Below, one piece after another: positions 29,968-42,567 of a DNA stretch of 64,000 bases. Source of the DNA: Eledone cirrhosa (taxonomy: Eukaryota); contig OZ024747.1 in assembly GCA_964016885.1 (NCBI GenBank), positions 80,910,001 through 80,974,000 on the forward strand. The letters run 5' to 3'. The position numbers and the translations under genes are program-made. The notes under the pieces are model-generated. The model was given only the letters and a program-made list of their open reading frames with translations. It did no database searches and had not been told where the DNA came from. The number at the start of each line of letters is the position of its first letter. Positions within the stretch are counted from its first letter, which is position 1.

Positions 29968-30269
29968 GCAAGTTTGAAGAATTATTAGATAAAATATATA
30001 CAGTCTTTCCTCTCCCTAGTCCGTAGAAATCAACCACATAAATAATCATTTAAACGAGGCTATAAGTTTAAAATGTAACTATGAAGAAATAATAGACAAA
30101 TGATACAGACTATCTTCTGCGAGGGAGACCCAGATAAAATTTATCTAGTCATTCCTTTTAGCCCGTAGAAATTGACTAGACAAATAATCAACTAAACGGA
30201 GTTAGTAGTTTTAAAATAGAAGTTATGTATCTGTGACTATGTCGAATTATATACATATATCCCTATGAA

Positions 30270-30342
<73 letters not shown>

Positions 30343-30343
<1 letters not shown>

Positions 30344-30483
30344 TAGCTTTCAGGAGCTTCCTGATTTCCTGATCATTTCTAGTTCTAGTCCTGTAGAAGC
30401 TCTTCTATATTAAATATTTATACTCTGCTTTGTATTGAGTACCTTACCGTGGTTACTCCCGATTGAACCCGGGATAAACTTAT

Positions 30484-30486
<3 letters not shown>
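30343..30486 (+). mobile_element. Second copy of the 11281-11447 family, hammerhead core partly deleted
   Basis: agttctagtcctgtagaa..tc.tctatattaaa...tatactctgc..tgtattgagtaccttac shared with 11338-11406. Confidence 0.75.
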
Positions 30487-30520
<34 letters not shown>

Positions 30521-30835
30521 TTTATAAATAACAATCAAAGAGTGTTTAATAACATTTAATTATTAATGATCGTTTCATGCAAGCACAAGGCCGCAATCAT
30601 TGGAGTACAAATCAAAAGTTAGAACACAGATAACTTTGTTAAAGAACATTCCTGGGATACCATATATGGGAAGAAAGCTAAAATAATAGATTTTAACATA
30701 CATTTAAGAGAGGAAGGCAAGAAAGGCATGAAAGGCGTGATGATATAAAGAATGTAACAGTAATCTATGTTTTCACAACTTCAGCTCCATTTTACAGTTC
30801 TAAGCATATAGATGATCCGTTATACTTCTAGTGTA

Positions 30836-30935
30836 ATAATTGTTTCTACTTTTGGCACAAGGCCAGTAAATACCCAGTACATTACTGGTACTTTATTTTA
30901 TCGACCCCGTAAGGATAAAAGGCAAAGTTAACCTC
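30836..30935 (-). mobile_element. 5'-truncated Meta-like SINE
   Basis: Same tail and central block as the full copies. Confidence 0.8.
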
Positions 30936-31149
30936 CCATTGGGAAATGTCAGCAAAATAAACGTTAAACTGCCAAAATAGCAGTTTTATTGTGGAAACAT
31001 AGATAACTTTTACATTCTTAAATTTAAGTTTATATTTGATCCTTGCCCTAGCTTTTAAAGACTGTTGTATTGCTTGTTTTGTGTGTACATTTGTCAATGC
31101 TTGTTATGCCTACTTATGCTTAATTCTTTATTGCAAACCTTTCCTTTTT

Positions 31150-31220
31150 CCCTCTCTCCTCTTTCTCTCCAAAGCACCATCTCTCTCTCTCTCCCTCTCA
31201 TTCTCTTTCTTTCCAATGCA

Positions 31221-31305
<85 letters not shown>

Positions 31306-31414
31306 TCTCTTTCTCTCCAATGCACCATCTCTCTCTCTCTCTCCTCTTTCTCTCCAATCCACCATCTCACTGACTCTGTCTCTCTCTCTCATTCTCTTTC
31401 TCTCCAATGCACCA

Positions 31415-31445
<31 letters not shown>

Positions 31446-31500
31446 CTATCTCTCTATCTCCCTCTCTCTCTCCTCTTTCTCTCCAATGCACCATCTCTCT
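31150..31500. repeat. (CT)n tract punctuated by repeated tctccaatgcaccatctctc units
   Basis: About six copies of the ccaatgcaccatc motif between CT runs. Confidence 0.85.
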
Positions 31501-32517
31501 AATACGTTCACAAATACACAGACACACATTGCAACTGTTACAATCACTTAACGTATTTTTATACTCCCACGATCTATTAGAAATATTCGGTTAACATTGT
31601 TGATATCGTGTATGTAATCTGCATGCAAACTTCTAGTTCTCCAAGCGACATTTCAATGTGTTCTATGAGTTGTAACAGTCTTTCTTCGACGGTTACTAGA
31701 AATCGGATATTTGCACTACAACCATTTATCATATCAATGCTTATTTCAAGACTTCTTACTGCTCACTAAACATCTGCTAAAATCTCATCTGATAAAATGG
31801 GAACCTCGAATAAAGATAATTGACTTCTGCATTGGCTAAAGAAATAATTAATTAAATCACAGTTACAAATTGCTGGGGCTAGTTAGAGTACTTGCAAATG
31901 TGTACGCGAAACAAATAGATAACGTCAAATATTGCTATTAAAAGCAACCAAAATTTAATTAGTTGCAGTGTCATAAACCTATACGAATATTTGCGCCAAA
32001 AAACCTCCAAAAAGCAATGAACAAAGAACCCAACAAAAATATGCTAAATGATAGCTAGTCATTATTCAGAAAAGCAATAGAAGAATGATACAGTACAATG
32101 AGTAAATATATTTAACGTTTGATATAGTAAAGAAAGATTCATAAAGTTTCGTACGTTAGTTCTTCATTAGAAGATAAGATGATAGATAAATTAAGAAATA
32201 GAATGGTAAAAGAGATTAAGATGAGTACAAAACGGAAAGAACCTTTTAAGGAAGGAAATCACGTATATATTTAGTCAACCAATTATATACATTTAGTCAA
32301 ACGTATGTGTGGCGGAAACTCGAGTACGGGTATAAATATAAGGTACCCATTTACGTGTGTGGTATCGAGGCGAATAACTTTGTGTCTACTCTGGGAATTA
32401 TACATTACCTTATCTATTGAGTAGGCTGAGATGCAACCGGTGCTAGCAGGGAAACCTTATGCTAGTCCCGTTAACCTCATATATATATTACATATATTAT
32501 ATATATATATATATATA

Positions 32518-32595
<78 letters not shown>

Positions 32596-32962
32596 GTATA
32601 CTTATATATACATACTCACACAATTAAGAACACACACACATATATATATATATTGTGTATAATATAATTATATTTATGTATATATAATCTATACATTGAT
32701 CTCTATGTTGATTAATCTACAAATGTATGAGTCTATATACACACGTAATTGAAGATGGACGGTGTATCATGCGTGCAATATTCAAATGTTTCAACTCAAA
32801 ATAGAATTAAGAGATTCAAAATCTTTGCCAGACTAGACGGCGCTTTTAATTGTATAAGAAATCTAAAAAAAATCTTTAAATATTTATATTCATATTTATC
32901 ACTCCCACTCAACTCCCACACACTCACACACATATTCATATACATACATATATACATAATAT

Positions 32963-33024
<62 letters not shown>

Positions 33025-33582
33025 ATGTATATGTGTGTGTGTGTGTTTGAGTAGATAATAGACATGCTAGAACAATATTTTAGATGTATATTTGTGTGTG
33101 TACGCGCAGGGATTGAGTTTTAATATGGTTATTTTCGTTATATTAGGATTACAATTGGTATGGCTTTGGACAAGCAGAATCGTTCTCGATTTTTTTTTCT
33201 ATGTTATGAGTTCAAATCCTCTCTTGTTCTACATTGGCTTCTACCTTCCTGTGCTGATATAATGAGTGCCACCTATCAAATCCTGGATTCGGACATTTGT
33301 AGCATTGTACTATTAGCGTAGTTACGTTGAACCTGTGTGGATTGCATAATTATGGAATCTAAAACTGATGATGTCGCTATGTTCTAACTAACCAGGCCTT
33401 TAAAATAGATGGAGTGTTTTTGCAACAAAACTTTAAAAGGATATACCCAGTCCGGCCTCTTGCTGTTTTAAGCAAATACATATTTAATTCCTTTCCTGCA
33501 CCAGCTACGGCAATCAACATCAATGATGGATGAGTTACGTGAAGTAGAGTCTGCAGTTACATCATTATATATATATATACAT

Positions 33583-33707
<125 letters not shown>

Positions 33708-34068
33708 ATCAAGGTCAAGCAAATAGAGAAAAAGTTTTAAAATAAATTTCAAGACATTTTACTCCACTTACTATATGTGCCTTTACCGCGGTTTCTGATC
33801 CCAAAATAAACAGATAATCCAAGCACATTTCCACTGAGAAAGAGATCGTCGTCAGAAGGCTTTTCTCACTCGGAGAATATAAAATTCCCGAGTTCAAATC
33901 ACAAACTGGTGCCACACACAATTGTTCCCGAATGAGCGTGAATGAGAGATGAAACAATTTTGTCTGGTACCGTGTGCAAAAACAAAGGCTAGGTGGACAG
34001 GTCAATGTACTGCTACTAAAAAAAGCAACCGTTCAAATGATTTATGTATATATATATATATATATATA

Positions 34069-34522
34069 TGCAAAAGTTCTATTTAAATTGTTGGGATACA
34101 ACAAGCAAATATTTTTATAACTGATATAAAGCACTCGACAAGTATTTGGAGTAGATATACGATATTAACAAATGGAAACTATATTTATAAAACCATATCT
34201 ATTTCATTATACATATTTCAAGGATACCAAGTTAAATTGCGGTCTGCCTTCATCAGACAAAATACAATATATACCAGTTTTATAAATAAACATTGACGTA
34301 CCCTTTTAAAATGCAACCGTTAATTTTGGAAGACATCAGGATAGTGATGTCTTCCAAAAGTAACGGTTGCATTTTAAAAGGGTACGTCAATGTTTATTTA
34401 TAAAACTGGTATATATTGTATTTTGTCTGATGAAGGCAGACCACAATTTAACTTGGTATCCTTGAAATATGTATAATGAAATAGATATGGTTTTATAAAT
34501 ATAGTTTCCATTTGTTAATATC

Positions 34523-34525
<3 letters not shown>
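34069..34525 (-). mobile_element. Fold-back hammerhead element (hammerheads 34200-34264 minus, 34419-34483 plus)
   Basis: ~180-bp arms around an apex near 34341; uauuuugu CUGAUGA agg..acca/uggu..ccu u GAAA uaugua UA augaaaua. Confidence 0.8.
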
Positions 34526-34573
<48 letters not shown>

Positions 34574-34587
34574 TACATATATGTATG

Positions 34588-34653
<66 letters not shown>

Positions 34654-34675
34654 CCTGTGGTTTCGGATTCAGTCA

Positions 34676-34900
34676 CATCGTTGTGACGTCTCGCGAAAGA
34701 AGACACGATGCAGCAGGGTCGTCGAAGGCTTTTTAACGTTCCTTCGAAAAAGAAATCTGAGGAGGAAATTGGGCGTTTGTTTTCTTCTCCAAGCGAGAAG
34801 AGTTAACCCGGGCTCTTGAAAACTACGGATATACTGAGATGATCAACTTGTGAGATGGAGAGTGTGGTAGGTGAACTACGCCTTTCCTCCTTGTTCCACA
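34676..34900 (+). promoter_or_regulatory. Diverged duplicate of the putative promoter/first exon at 35395-35641
   Basis: Colinear blocks gacgtc, cgttcctt.gaaaa, ttggg.gttt, cttga.aactac.gata, tgtgaga, agtg.ggta.gt..actacgc. Confidence 0.55.
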
Positions 34901-34902
34901 AG

Positions 34903-35160
34903 GCGCATGGCCTAGTGGTTAGAGCATTGGGCTTGCAATCGAAAGGTTGTGAGTTCAATTCTCGGGTGATGTGTTGTTTCCTTGAACAACACACTTTATT
35001 TCACGTTGCTCCAGTTTACTCAGCTGTAGAAATGAGATGATAGGACTGGAAACCCTATCATTAAATCACCCAAGACACCTCCAATGAAATGTACCTTAGA
35101 GGAGGCCAGCTAAACCTGCATAGGTGTGAGCTATAAGAAGAAGAAGAACAACAACAACAA
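34903..35160 (+). mobile_element. tRNA-derived CORE-SINE with (AAG)/(AAC) tail
   Basis: A box tggcctagtgg, B box gagttcaattc; TSD CCACAAG at 34896-34902 and 35161-35167. Confidence 0.85.
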
Positions 35161-35234
35161 CCACAAGCTATCACAAGCTATGTTGGCGTCGTGCATTTTT
35201 TCCTCTCGTTCTTGGCCGCACTCAATATGTCAAT

Positions 35235-35609
35235 AAATGTCGGCGGAAGTCACAGCGGAAGCGTCGGGCATTCGGGTGAATGGATCATTTTCACATGTAT
35301 GAGCTGATGGTGGTCGTGTGGGGATGGATCCTTGCCTGATGTGTAGGGAACAGTGACATCATGGGGCCAGAGAACCTTGCGGGAAGTGGCAGATTATTGC
35401 GACGTCATGCAGGTAGGACGCAGCAGCGGCTTTGGAATCGACTTTCTTGCGTTCCTTGGAAAACGAATGCTAGGGAGAAAGTTGGGTGTTTTCTTTTTCT
35501 GCTTCCTGCGTGAGGACATTATCTGGCGATAGTAGCTTTAGGCCGGACCCTTGAGAACTACAGATATTCCACATTCTCATGAAGATCAGACTGTGAGACG
35601 TCCAGTGAG
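35235..35609 (+). promoter_or_regulatory. CpG-rich putative promoter and non-coding first exon
   Basis: Paired ETS-like GCGGAAG motifs (~35244-35262), CRE-like gacgtca at 35401, strong donor GAG|GTAAGT at 35609/35610. Confidence 0.5.
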
Positions 35610-35753
35610 GTAAGTAGACTACGCTTTCTCTTTGTATTACAGATCGGATAGATTATAATACGGGAAGTTATACTGTCTCCCATATCCATATAAAAGCTTT
35701 GTTACATACTAATAATCAATGTGTGCTGATTATTTCATATTTACCTTTTTCAG

Positions 35754-37779
35754 ATCTATCCATGATGCATTTCATAAATTCACAAGCTATCATATTTGGA
35801 TATTGGGCAGTTATTACCATGGTTCTTTTCGTTTTCATAATAACGTCATACTTATATTCTTTTTAATATCCGCGGTTATGTTAACTACTTATTTATTAAA
35901 TCTATTGATACCACTGGAGAAGGACGATGGAAAGGCCTTCAAATATATCCTTCCCAAGACCCCCCTATATGTTTTAATGTATGTAATTCTGTATCTAATT
36001 GCTTTTATATTGGAAATTATCTTGAGAAACATAAATCTAAGAAACGGCCATCAACGTCGTACACCTAATGAACATTATTGTTTACACGATAAATTTTCCG
36101 AGCTTCTACACATGATATTTCTCAACCTTGGAGTTCATGAATGCCTCCCAAAAGATACATCGTCCACAACCTCTAACTGTGAATTACCAGCTAAAGTTAT
36201 GCCACATATTGAAGTTAGGCAGGATACAATGACTCAAAGGTTAATATCTAATTGGTTTCCAGACTGTGAAACATACGATGGATGTTATATGTGTAAATTT
36301 AAACGCGATATCAGCAAAGAAAAAGAACTCAATCTGTTGGGTTTCAAAAGGAAAATATCTCCTATTATAAAGTTAAACGAATATGCATACGCTATTTTGG
36401 TTTTGGGTTGTTTTTGTTATGATTTCGAGAGACACTGTGGTCTATTTCATTACATATCATCTGACACAATCGCAATAACAATGACTAAGAAATTCATTAA
36501 CACTTTATTTCTTCTCTTAAACATATGCGAAGAGTTTTATTTAAATTATACGAATAAGAAAATCGAGGTTTTAGATGTTTACTACACCTACAAAGGTCTC
36601 ATGTATGAAGTGCTTCATTATCATATTCACAGTATTCTCCAAACCAGAGATCTGTCTGAAAAGATTAGTGAAAAAGAAAGCCCTGTTACACATAGAGAAG
36701 GAAAATGTGAAACTAAAAAGGAGAGGTTATTCAGAAAAGGTTTTTGGTTTTATCAGGTAGATAGAGCGATTGAAATCATGATAGATGCAATCATTTTTGT
36801 AGTTTACCAACAAAGATTTGCCAGTACTGATGATCATTTAAAATCATGTATGATGGAAGAAATATTTTCTTATGGAATGGATATTCTGGAAATGTGTGTA
36901 TACGTAAATAAGGCAGAAGAAGAATTGATGGATAAAACAGAAACAGATATTGCCGACCACAATTTTCTCTATATCGATAACATTGAATATGATGATGATT
37001 CTGAAGAGGCAAAATGTAACACGCTACGGGAATACTTTGAAGCGCTCAAACACGACAGGGACGAACTAATCAAATATTCTATTGAGGCCGTAGAGAACGA
37101 GATCATAGAATCATTTATATTTGAAGCACAAGTGAAGTACTCCCGTAAATACGGTGCAACCGAAGAGAATGCAGCTTATCGAATGGATGTAGAAATGTTA
37201 TGCCAAAAGGTTATAAGAGATTCTGAAAATGAAGTCTACAATGAACATATAATTCCAATAAATGGTTTTGCTCGTCTCACTCTGTGTTGGGGCATTGCTA
37301 TATATGTGGGAAAGAACCCCAATCTTCTAAGTGATAAATCGACTGGAAAAAGTATATTGAAAAATATATCCGTTGTAGTGGGTAACAATATTCATCTCAA
37401 CAAGCAATTGAAAATGGCATTACTTGAGGCTGGACTATGTGGCTATTGTAGTGAAATAGCCACGCTTAATAACAAACGGTACGGCCTTTTCATGAAGACA
37501 TTTTCAAAAACGCTCTCAAAAGAGAAGATACTCCGAAGACTGATAAAAGACCTGGAAGACGAACTAACACTGGTTATTGTAAAGTGCGTAGAAAGCATCA
37601 TCAATGATTCATTTGAAATGAATCTACTAGGACTCACTAAGCAGTATGCATCAGTTATCATAGATAAAAATACATGTGATCTGGTCGAGTTTGTATATCG
37701 TACTCTGACAGATCGTTTACATCATCTGAACAGAAGTGTTTTGGAAAAAACTGCTGATGAGAGTAACGAAACAAAACAG
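35754..37779 (+). CDS. Large coding exon of an unrecognised protein (N-terminal hydrophobic segments, acidic mid-region)
   Basis: Lies in the 698-codon non-repetitive ORF 35719-37815; acceptor tttacctttttcAG at 35753; donor CAG|GTCAGT at 37779/37780; first in-exon ATG at 35878. Confidence 0.8.
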
Positions 37780-37810
37780 GTCAGTAATATATATATATGT
37801 ATGTGCGAAT

Positions 37811-38737
37811 ATTAGTTTCGGGTTCAGTTACGGTCACCACTGTATATTGAAGGAGGCTCTTTTTCCAAACTGATCCCTGATCGAGCACTGTGACAAATAT
37901 ACGTAAAAGGTAATTCCTTCAACCGATTCTATTTAGGTCTAAACAGAGGAGCGGTTCATATTGGAAACAAGTCAGCTGATTCCGGAGTCAGCATTAATTT
38001 ATATGTGTGTAGTATGCGTGTAGTATGTGTTGTGTGTTAAATATTTAAAACCATTAATCCCCTTGAATGAGACCGCTAGGAATTGGAGGAATTGGAATCT
38101 TTACTTTGTGGGAATCAGAGAGGCAACCTTTTGGGTTGCCAATTGCTGTTTCTGATCTGGCTTGTCAGCTATATTGAACTGGGTAATTGCTGGCCTTGTG
38201 CCTAAAGTAGAAACAATTATTTAGTGTAGGCATGTTGCGTTTGTTGAAAGGGAATAGAGGGGGCTATCGTCATGGGGGATTTAGCTGATTTAATGAAAGG
38301 GTATCTTGTGGTGTGGGCTTCCAGTTGCATAAAAGTTGGGTCTTCTGATGCAAACAACGTATAAAAACTGCCGTTTTAGAATGCAGGTATGTTTCCGAGT
38401 ACTATAAATCCTGCAAAATCCTAAATTTCTCGCTGAGGCAGAATGGACACTTCTTCCTTCCATTTGTGTATGGCGTGGACAACTCCAGTACTTTCCATGT
38501 AATGTAAAGTGGTACACCTTTTTTATTTGATTGCCAGACACTTTTTGACCGTTCAAACGCCCGGCAATTACTTCCCTTGTTTCCAATATAAACCTCTCCT
38601 CTTTTTAGAACAAAATATATTTGGCTGAAGGAATTACCTTTTTTTATATAGATTTGTACCAGTGCCCGACAAGCGCTCAGTTTCGAAGAGCCTCCTCCAA
38701 TACGCAGTGGGAGCCATAACTCGACCCTGAAACTAAT
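37811..38737. mobile_element. Non-autonomous DNA transposon with ~160-bp imperfect TIRs
   Basis: 37811-37971 aligns to the reverse complement of 38576-38737; SINE tail nested at 38178-38221. Confidence 0.75.
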
Positions 38738-38754
38738 TAACGGTTCAAATTAAG

Positions 38755-38930
38755 TTTACTATCCAGGTAAAACTTGAACCGTTAAGATCTTGTTCCTGGA
38801 TATGTCAATATTTATAAAACAAACTTTGTATTTTATCTCATGAGAGCGTACCAAAGTTTTGGTACCCTTGAAATATATATAATAGAATAAATATGGTTTT
38901 ATAAATATAGTTTCCATTTATTAATATCTT
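38755..38930 (+). mobile_element. Third copy of the 28036/34069 hammerhead family (core mutated to CUCAUGA, 38829-38888)
   Basis: tattttat ctcatga..tacca/tggta..GAAA tatata TA atagaata and shared atatggttttataaatatagtttccattt. Confidence 0.7.
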
Positions 38931-38995
<65 letters not shown>

Positions 38996-38998
<3 letters not shown>

Positions 38999-39397
38999 GT
39001 AAACGGAATAGAAAATGCTGACAAATTGTTCACAGTTGAAAAATGGTTTAATTAGGAATAAAAGAGTATTAGTGATTGTATGGGTTAGTATTCAGTTGTG
39101 GTTTTAAGTTTTTAAGTTTTTACCGGTTGCGCATTTCTATATGCTTTTCAAAAATAATCAGATCAGAGCAAACAGCACGGACACTCTATCTCAGAATTTT
39201 TTTTGAAAAGCATATAGAAATGCGCAACCGGTAAAAACTTAAAAACTTAAAACCACAACTGAATACTAACCCATACAATCACTAATACTCTTTTATTCCT
39301 AATTAAACCATTTTTCAACTGTGAACAATTTGTCAGCATTTTCTATTCCGTTTACCAATATATAATAACTTGTGTGTTACACCTCTATTCTTTTAAC
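38996..39397 (+). mobile_element. Fold-back element in (TA)n, ~160-bp arms
   Basis: 38996-39154 is the reverse complement of 39199-39359; family shared with 17927-18226. Confidence 0.8.
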
Positions 39398-39414
39398 TAT
39401 ATATATATATATAT

Positions 39415-39616
39415 ATAGGAACGAGTAGGACCCCGACGGCTGAGCTCAAGCCGTTTCGACGGCTAATTCTGGACATTTTAGTCCAGAACTAGCCGTCGAA
39501 ACGGTTTGAGCTCAGCCGTCGGGGTCCTACTCGTTCCTATTACCCACTCTACTACCCTAAGTATTGAGTACTTTGGTGCGTTATGGTCCACCTGGTTCCT
39601 TACCACATTTCCTTCG

Positions 39617-39618
<2 letters not shown>
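39415..39618 (+). mobile_element. Fold-back element with the 3' half of a hammerhead and an ACTC..GAGTAC tail
   Basis: Inverted repeat 39415-39540; GAAA cgg..ccg UC at ~39498-39520. Confidence 0.7.
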
Positions 39619-39689
<71 letters not shown>

Positions 39690-40434
39690 TAACCCTCGAC
39701 ATTGAAATGGGAGATAAAATAATATTTGGAATTTAAAACCAGGATATCATGTAACCATCGAATATCTCACTCATCCTATATGTCGCTGAATTGAAACACA
39801 TAATGTTAAGTGTCATGCGCAATAACGCAATATAATGTACGTAACCAAATAAGAAATGTTGATTTCACACAGCATACCATTAACCATTCCTTTTTTAAAA
39901 TGTATCAATGACTAAAGCATTTACTGTCAATGATATCCGAGACAAGTGACAAGTTGCTTTCATTAGATTACAAATGTGTAGTCGATGGAGTTTTCAAAAA
40001 ATATTTGAATAGGTAGATCAACGTATTCTGCTTAGCAGGATCATATTTTGTTTGTACAAACGTATAAGAATACCCACAATTCGAAACACAATTGAAAATT
40101 TATAGACATAGCTATATTTCTATATGTGGTTTAGGATTGTTTGTCTGTGTGGAGCGGAGACGTACTCCTTTGTGGTTCTTAACTGAGCTTTGTAAAGAGT
40201 CAGAAGTTGTTGACTACGATAGCAACAACATCAAAAACTGTACATAATGTTCAAACATAACTTCCTTTTGTATATATTGAAAACCTTTCAGTAAACCTGA
40301 AATATATTTTACAATATACGTAATAGGTCATCAGCAGTGAGGAGTAAGCGTGTACAGATTTTGGTAGGAATTCGTTTCAGTTTTCGCTTTAACTTTCTTG
40401 TAGTACTATACTGAATTAGTACATTTCTTCCTAG

Positions 40435-40482
40435 GATGATCAACAACAAACGAAGAAAAATTTGCTGCTGTATAAACGCAAG
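40435..40482 (+). CDS. Candidate 48-nt exon (DDQQQTKKNLLLYKRK) continuing the 35754-37779 exon
   Basis: tttcttcctAG acceptor, AAG|GTAAGG donor, open in phase 0, compatible with the upstream donor. Confidence 0.4.
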
Positions 40483-40499
40483 GTAAGGCAAGTTATTTA

Positions 40500-40750
40500 A
40501 ATTGTTTCTACTTTTGGCACAAGGCTAGCAATTACACGGTACATTATTGGTACTTTATTTTATCGACCCCAGTATCGGTAGAGGGTCTGACGCCATGCTT
40601 TGCAGCATACAGTTACGGCCCTTTACGTTTAGAGTTCAAATCCCGTCGAGGTTAACTTTGCCTTTCCTCCTTACGAGGTCGATAGAATAAAGTACCAGTA
40701 ATACACTGGGATGATTGCTGGCCTTATGCCTAAAGTAGAAACAATTATTA
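40500..40750. mobile_element. Meta-like SINE with an inverted partial copy at its 5' end
   Basis: 40500-40570 is tail/central block on minus; 40571-40750 is a near-full SINE on plus. Confidence 0.8.
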
Positions 40751-40869
40751 ACGTAAATTCTTTTATGTGTACATGATTATACTCAAGATGAATATTCATT
40801 ACTTTCACGAGAAAATCATTCCTGTATGGCTATAATTTATTGTGATACTTCTTTCCGTCTGGACTTCCG

Positions 40870-41100
40870 GTTACATATCAAATAACCTAAACCGGAGTTC
40901 AAATCCAGATAATAGCTTATGCACTGTCACAAACTCCATTTTCGTCACTTTTTTTGAGAAGTGTGTATGGGTGAGAAAGTCTCAAGATTTACTGAATTTT
41001 TTCATGATGTACGAAAGCCACACAGAGACGACTTTCAAAATTATTTCTTATTCTATCAATAACCATTGAAAGTACGCTTTTTATCTGCTCCATCCTGGAA
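40870..41100 (-). pseudogene. Very old LINE reverse-transcriptase remnant
   Basis: Interrupted peptide LCVAFVHHEK..HPYTLLKK..GV..IIWI resembles the RT 'vaFiD.eKAFD.v.H..Ll..L...Gv' region. Confidence 0.3.
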
Positions 41101-41339
41101 CTTGTTAATTTTCTTTCCATATACTTTTTGCATATAGGACATCTGATGGGGATGCTCATTTGAATACAGTGTGATCTTAACTGGCTAGAATTCACTAGCA
41201 GTAGCACTAACACATTTACATGTTAATTAGAGACAATGCTATTATGAATCAATGTATGTTAGGGCTACTGCTAATGAATATATTTATATACATATTCCTG
41301 CATGTATAAATCTCTCTATCCCCCTCTCCCCCTCTCTGC

Positions 41340-41395
<56 letters not shown>

Positions 41396-41403
<8 letters not shown>

Positions 41404-41622
41404 TAAAATAACAGATTAAAGTTTAAGCAAAGAATCGCTGCTTTCACCCTTAACGGGATCTTCTGAAACTCAGAAGATCTCGTTAAGGGTGAAAGCAGCG
41501 ATTCTTTGCTTAATCTTTAATCTGTTATTTTAATAAATATTTACTCTACGGTTCTTATATATTTGATATATATTTTCCTTATCGAGCCCTCTTTGGATTT
41601 TAGTCTTCAAATTTATTATTAT

Positions 41623-41627
<5 letters not shown>
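41396..41627 (+). mobile_element. Fold-back element with a degenerate hammerhead right after the apex
   Basis: Inverted repeat 41396-41541; CAGAAGA ucucguuaagggu GAAA gcagc at 41471-41499. Confidence 0.7.
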
Positions 41628-41656
<29 letters not shown>

Positions 41657-41658
<2 letters not shown>

Positions 41659-41803
41659 GATAACAAATTATCGTTATAGGTAATCCAGTTAGAGGTTGTG
41701 AGTACTCTGTATTGTGGATAGTTTTAACATACGGCGTTGTTTGACTCAATGTATGTCTAATCAAATCATCAGTTATTCTGATGATTTGATTAGGCATACA
41801 TTG
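41657..41803 (-). mobile_element. Short (TA)n-anchored element with CTGATGA hairpin and GAGTAC tail motif
   Basis: Inverted repeat 41746-41803 with ctgatga on both arms next to the apex; gtactc at 41702-41707. Confidence 0.55.
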
Positions 41804-41964
41804 TATTTAAGATTGAGTGGTACAACTTCAGGTGATTAGCAAGCTTTAGACACCCTAATCTATGAAACACTTGTTAATACTGTAAATAAAACCCTTTTTG
41901 TACTGTTGACCATGTTATTCTTCACTCTTTCACTATATATATATACACACACACACACACACAA

Positions 41965-42192
41965 AGAAGTGCCAAGAAATCCCAGTTGAAGAAAGACGCA
42001 ATAGAGGGAGACGACGAAAAACATGGGCGGAGTTGGTGCGAGCAGACCTTAGATGGCTGAAGTTCACGGGAGAGATGACGAAGGACCGTGACAATTGGAG
42101 AGATGCTGTGCTGAAGAGGACCCCCCACCCCCACCCCTTGCAAGCAGGGAAAAGCGGATGTTAAATGAGGAAGATGATGAGGAGGATTATGA

Positions 42193-42196
<4 letters not shown>
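41965..42196 (+). mobile_element. RTE-clade LINE 3' fragment
   Basis: Peptide QEIPVEERRNRGRRRKTWAELVRADL...TKDRDNWR; (GAT)-rich tail. Confidence 0.75.
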
Positions 42197-42245
<49 letters not shown>

Positions 42246-42567
42246 CACATACTTCAAATGGGCCTCTGCAGTTTTTGTTTACCAAAATTCCACTCACAAG
42301 GCATTGGTCAACCTGACTTTTACCCAAGCTTCCAAACAGTGTGGCTGAACCTAGAACCAGCCGGTGGCAAATTTTAATAGTTCAAAAACATGCCTTATTT
42401 TTCCCCCTTTTTTTTCTTCTATCTCCATGTGTTCATTTCTCTCTCGAGTGGATTTATGTTTTACGGGGAAACCCTTTCTTTTCTCTTCCACTGTTTTGTG
42501 CCACGTTGGTATTCTTTACAACTCCGGCTAAGCTAACCCATATTCAAATACCTTTTACTCTTTGCAG

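Noticed and set aside
30556-30608. Minus-strand CCAAUGA..GAAA cgauca UU hammerhead
   Set aside because: Two core mutations and poor stem I; probably a decayed member but not supportable alone.
32135-32180. Minus-strand CUAAUGA..GAAAC hammerhead
   Set aside because: Core mutated and stems I and III do not close.
37230-37320. Bcl-2 BH1-like resemblance of INGFARLTLCWGIAIYV in the orphan protein
   Set aside because: No NWGR motif; the similarity is too weak without a profile or structure search.
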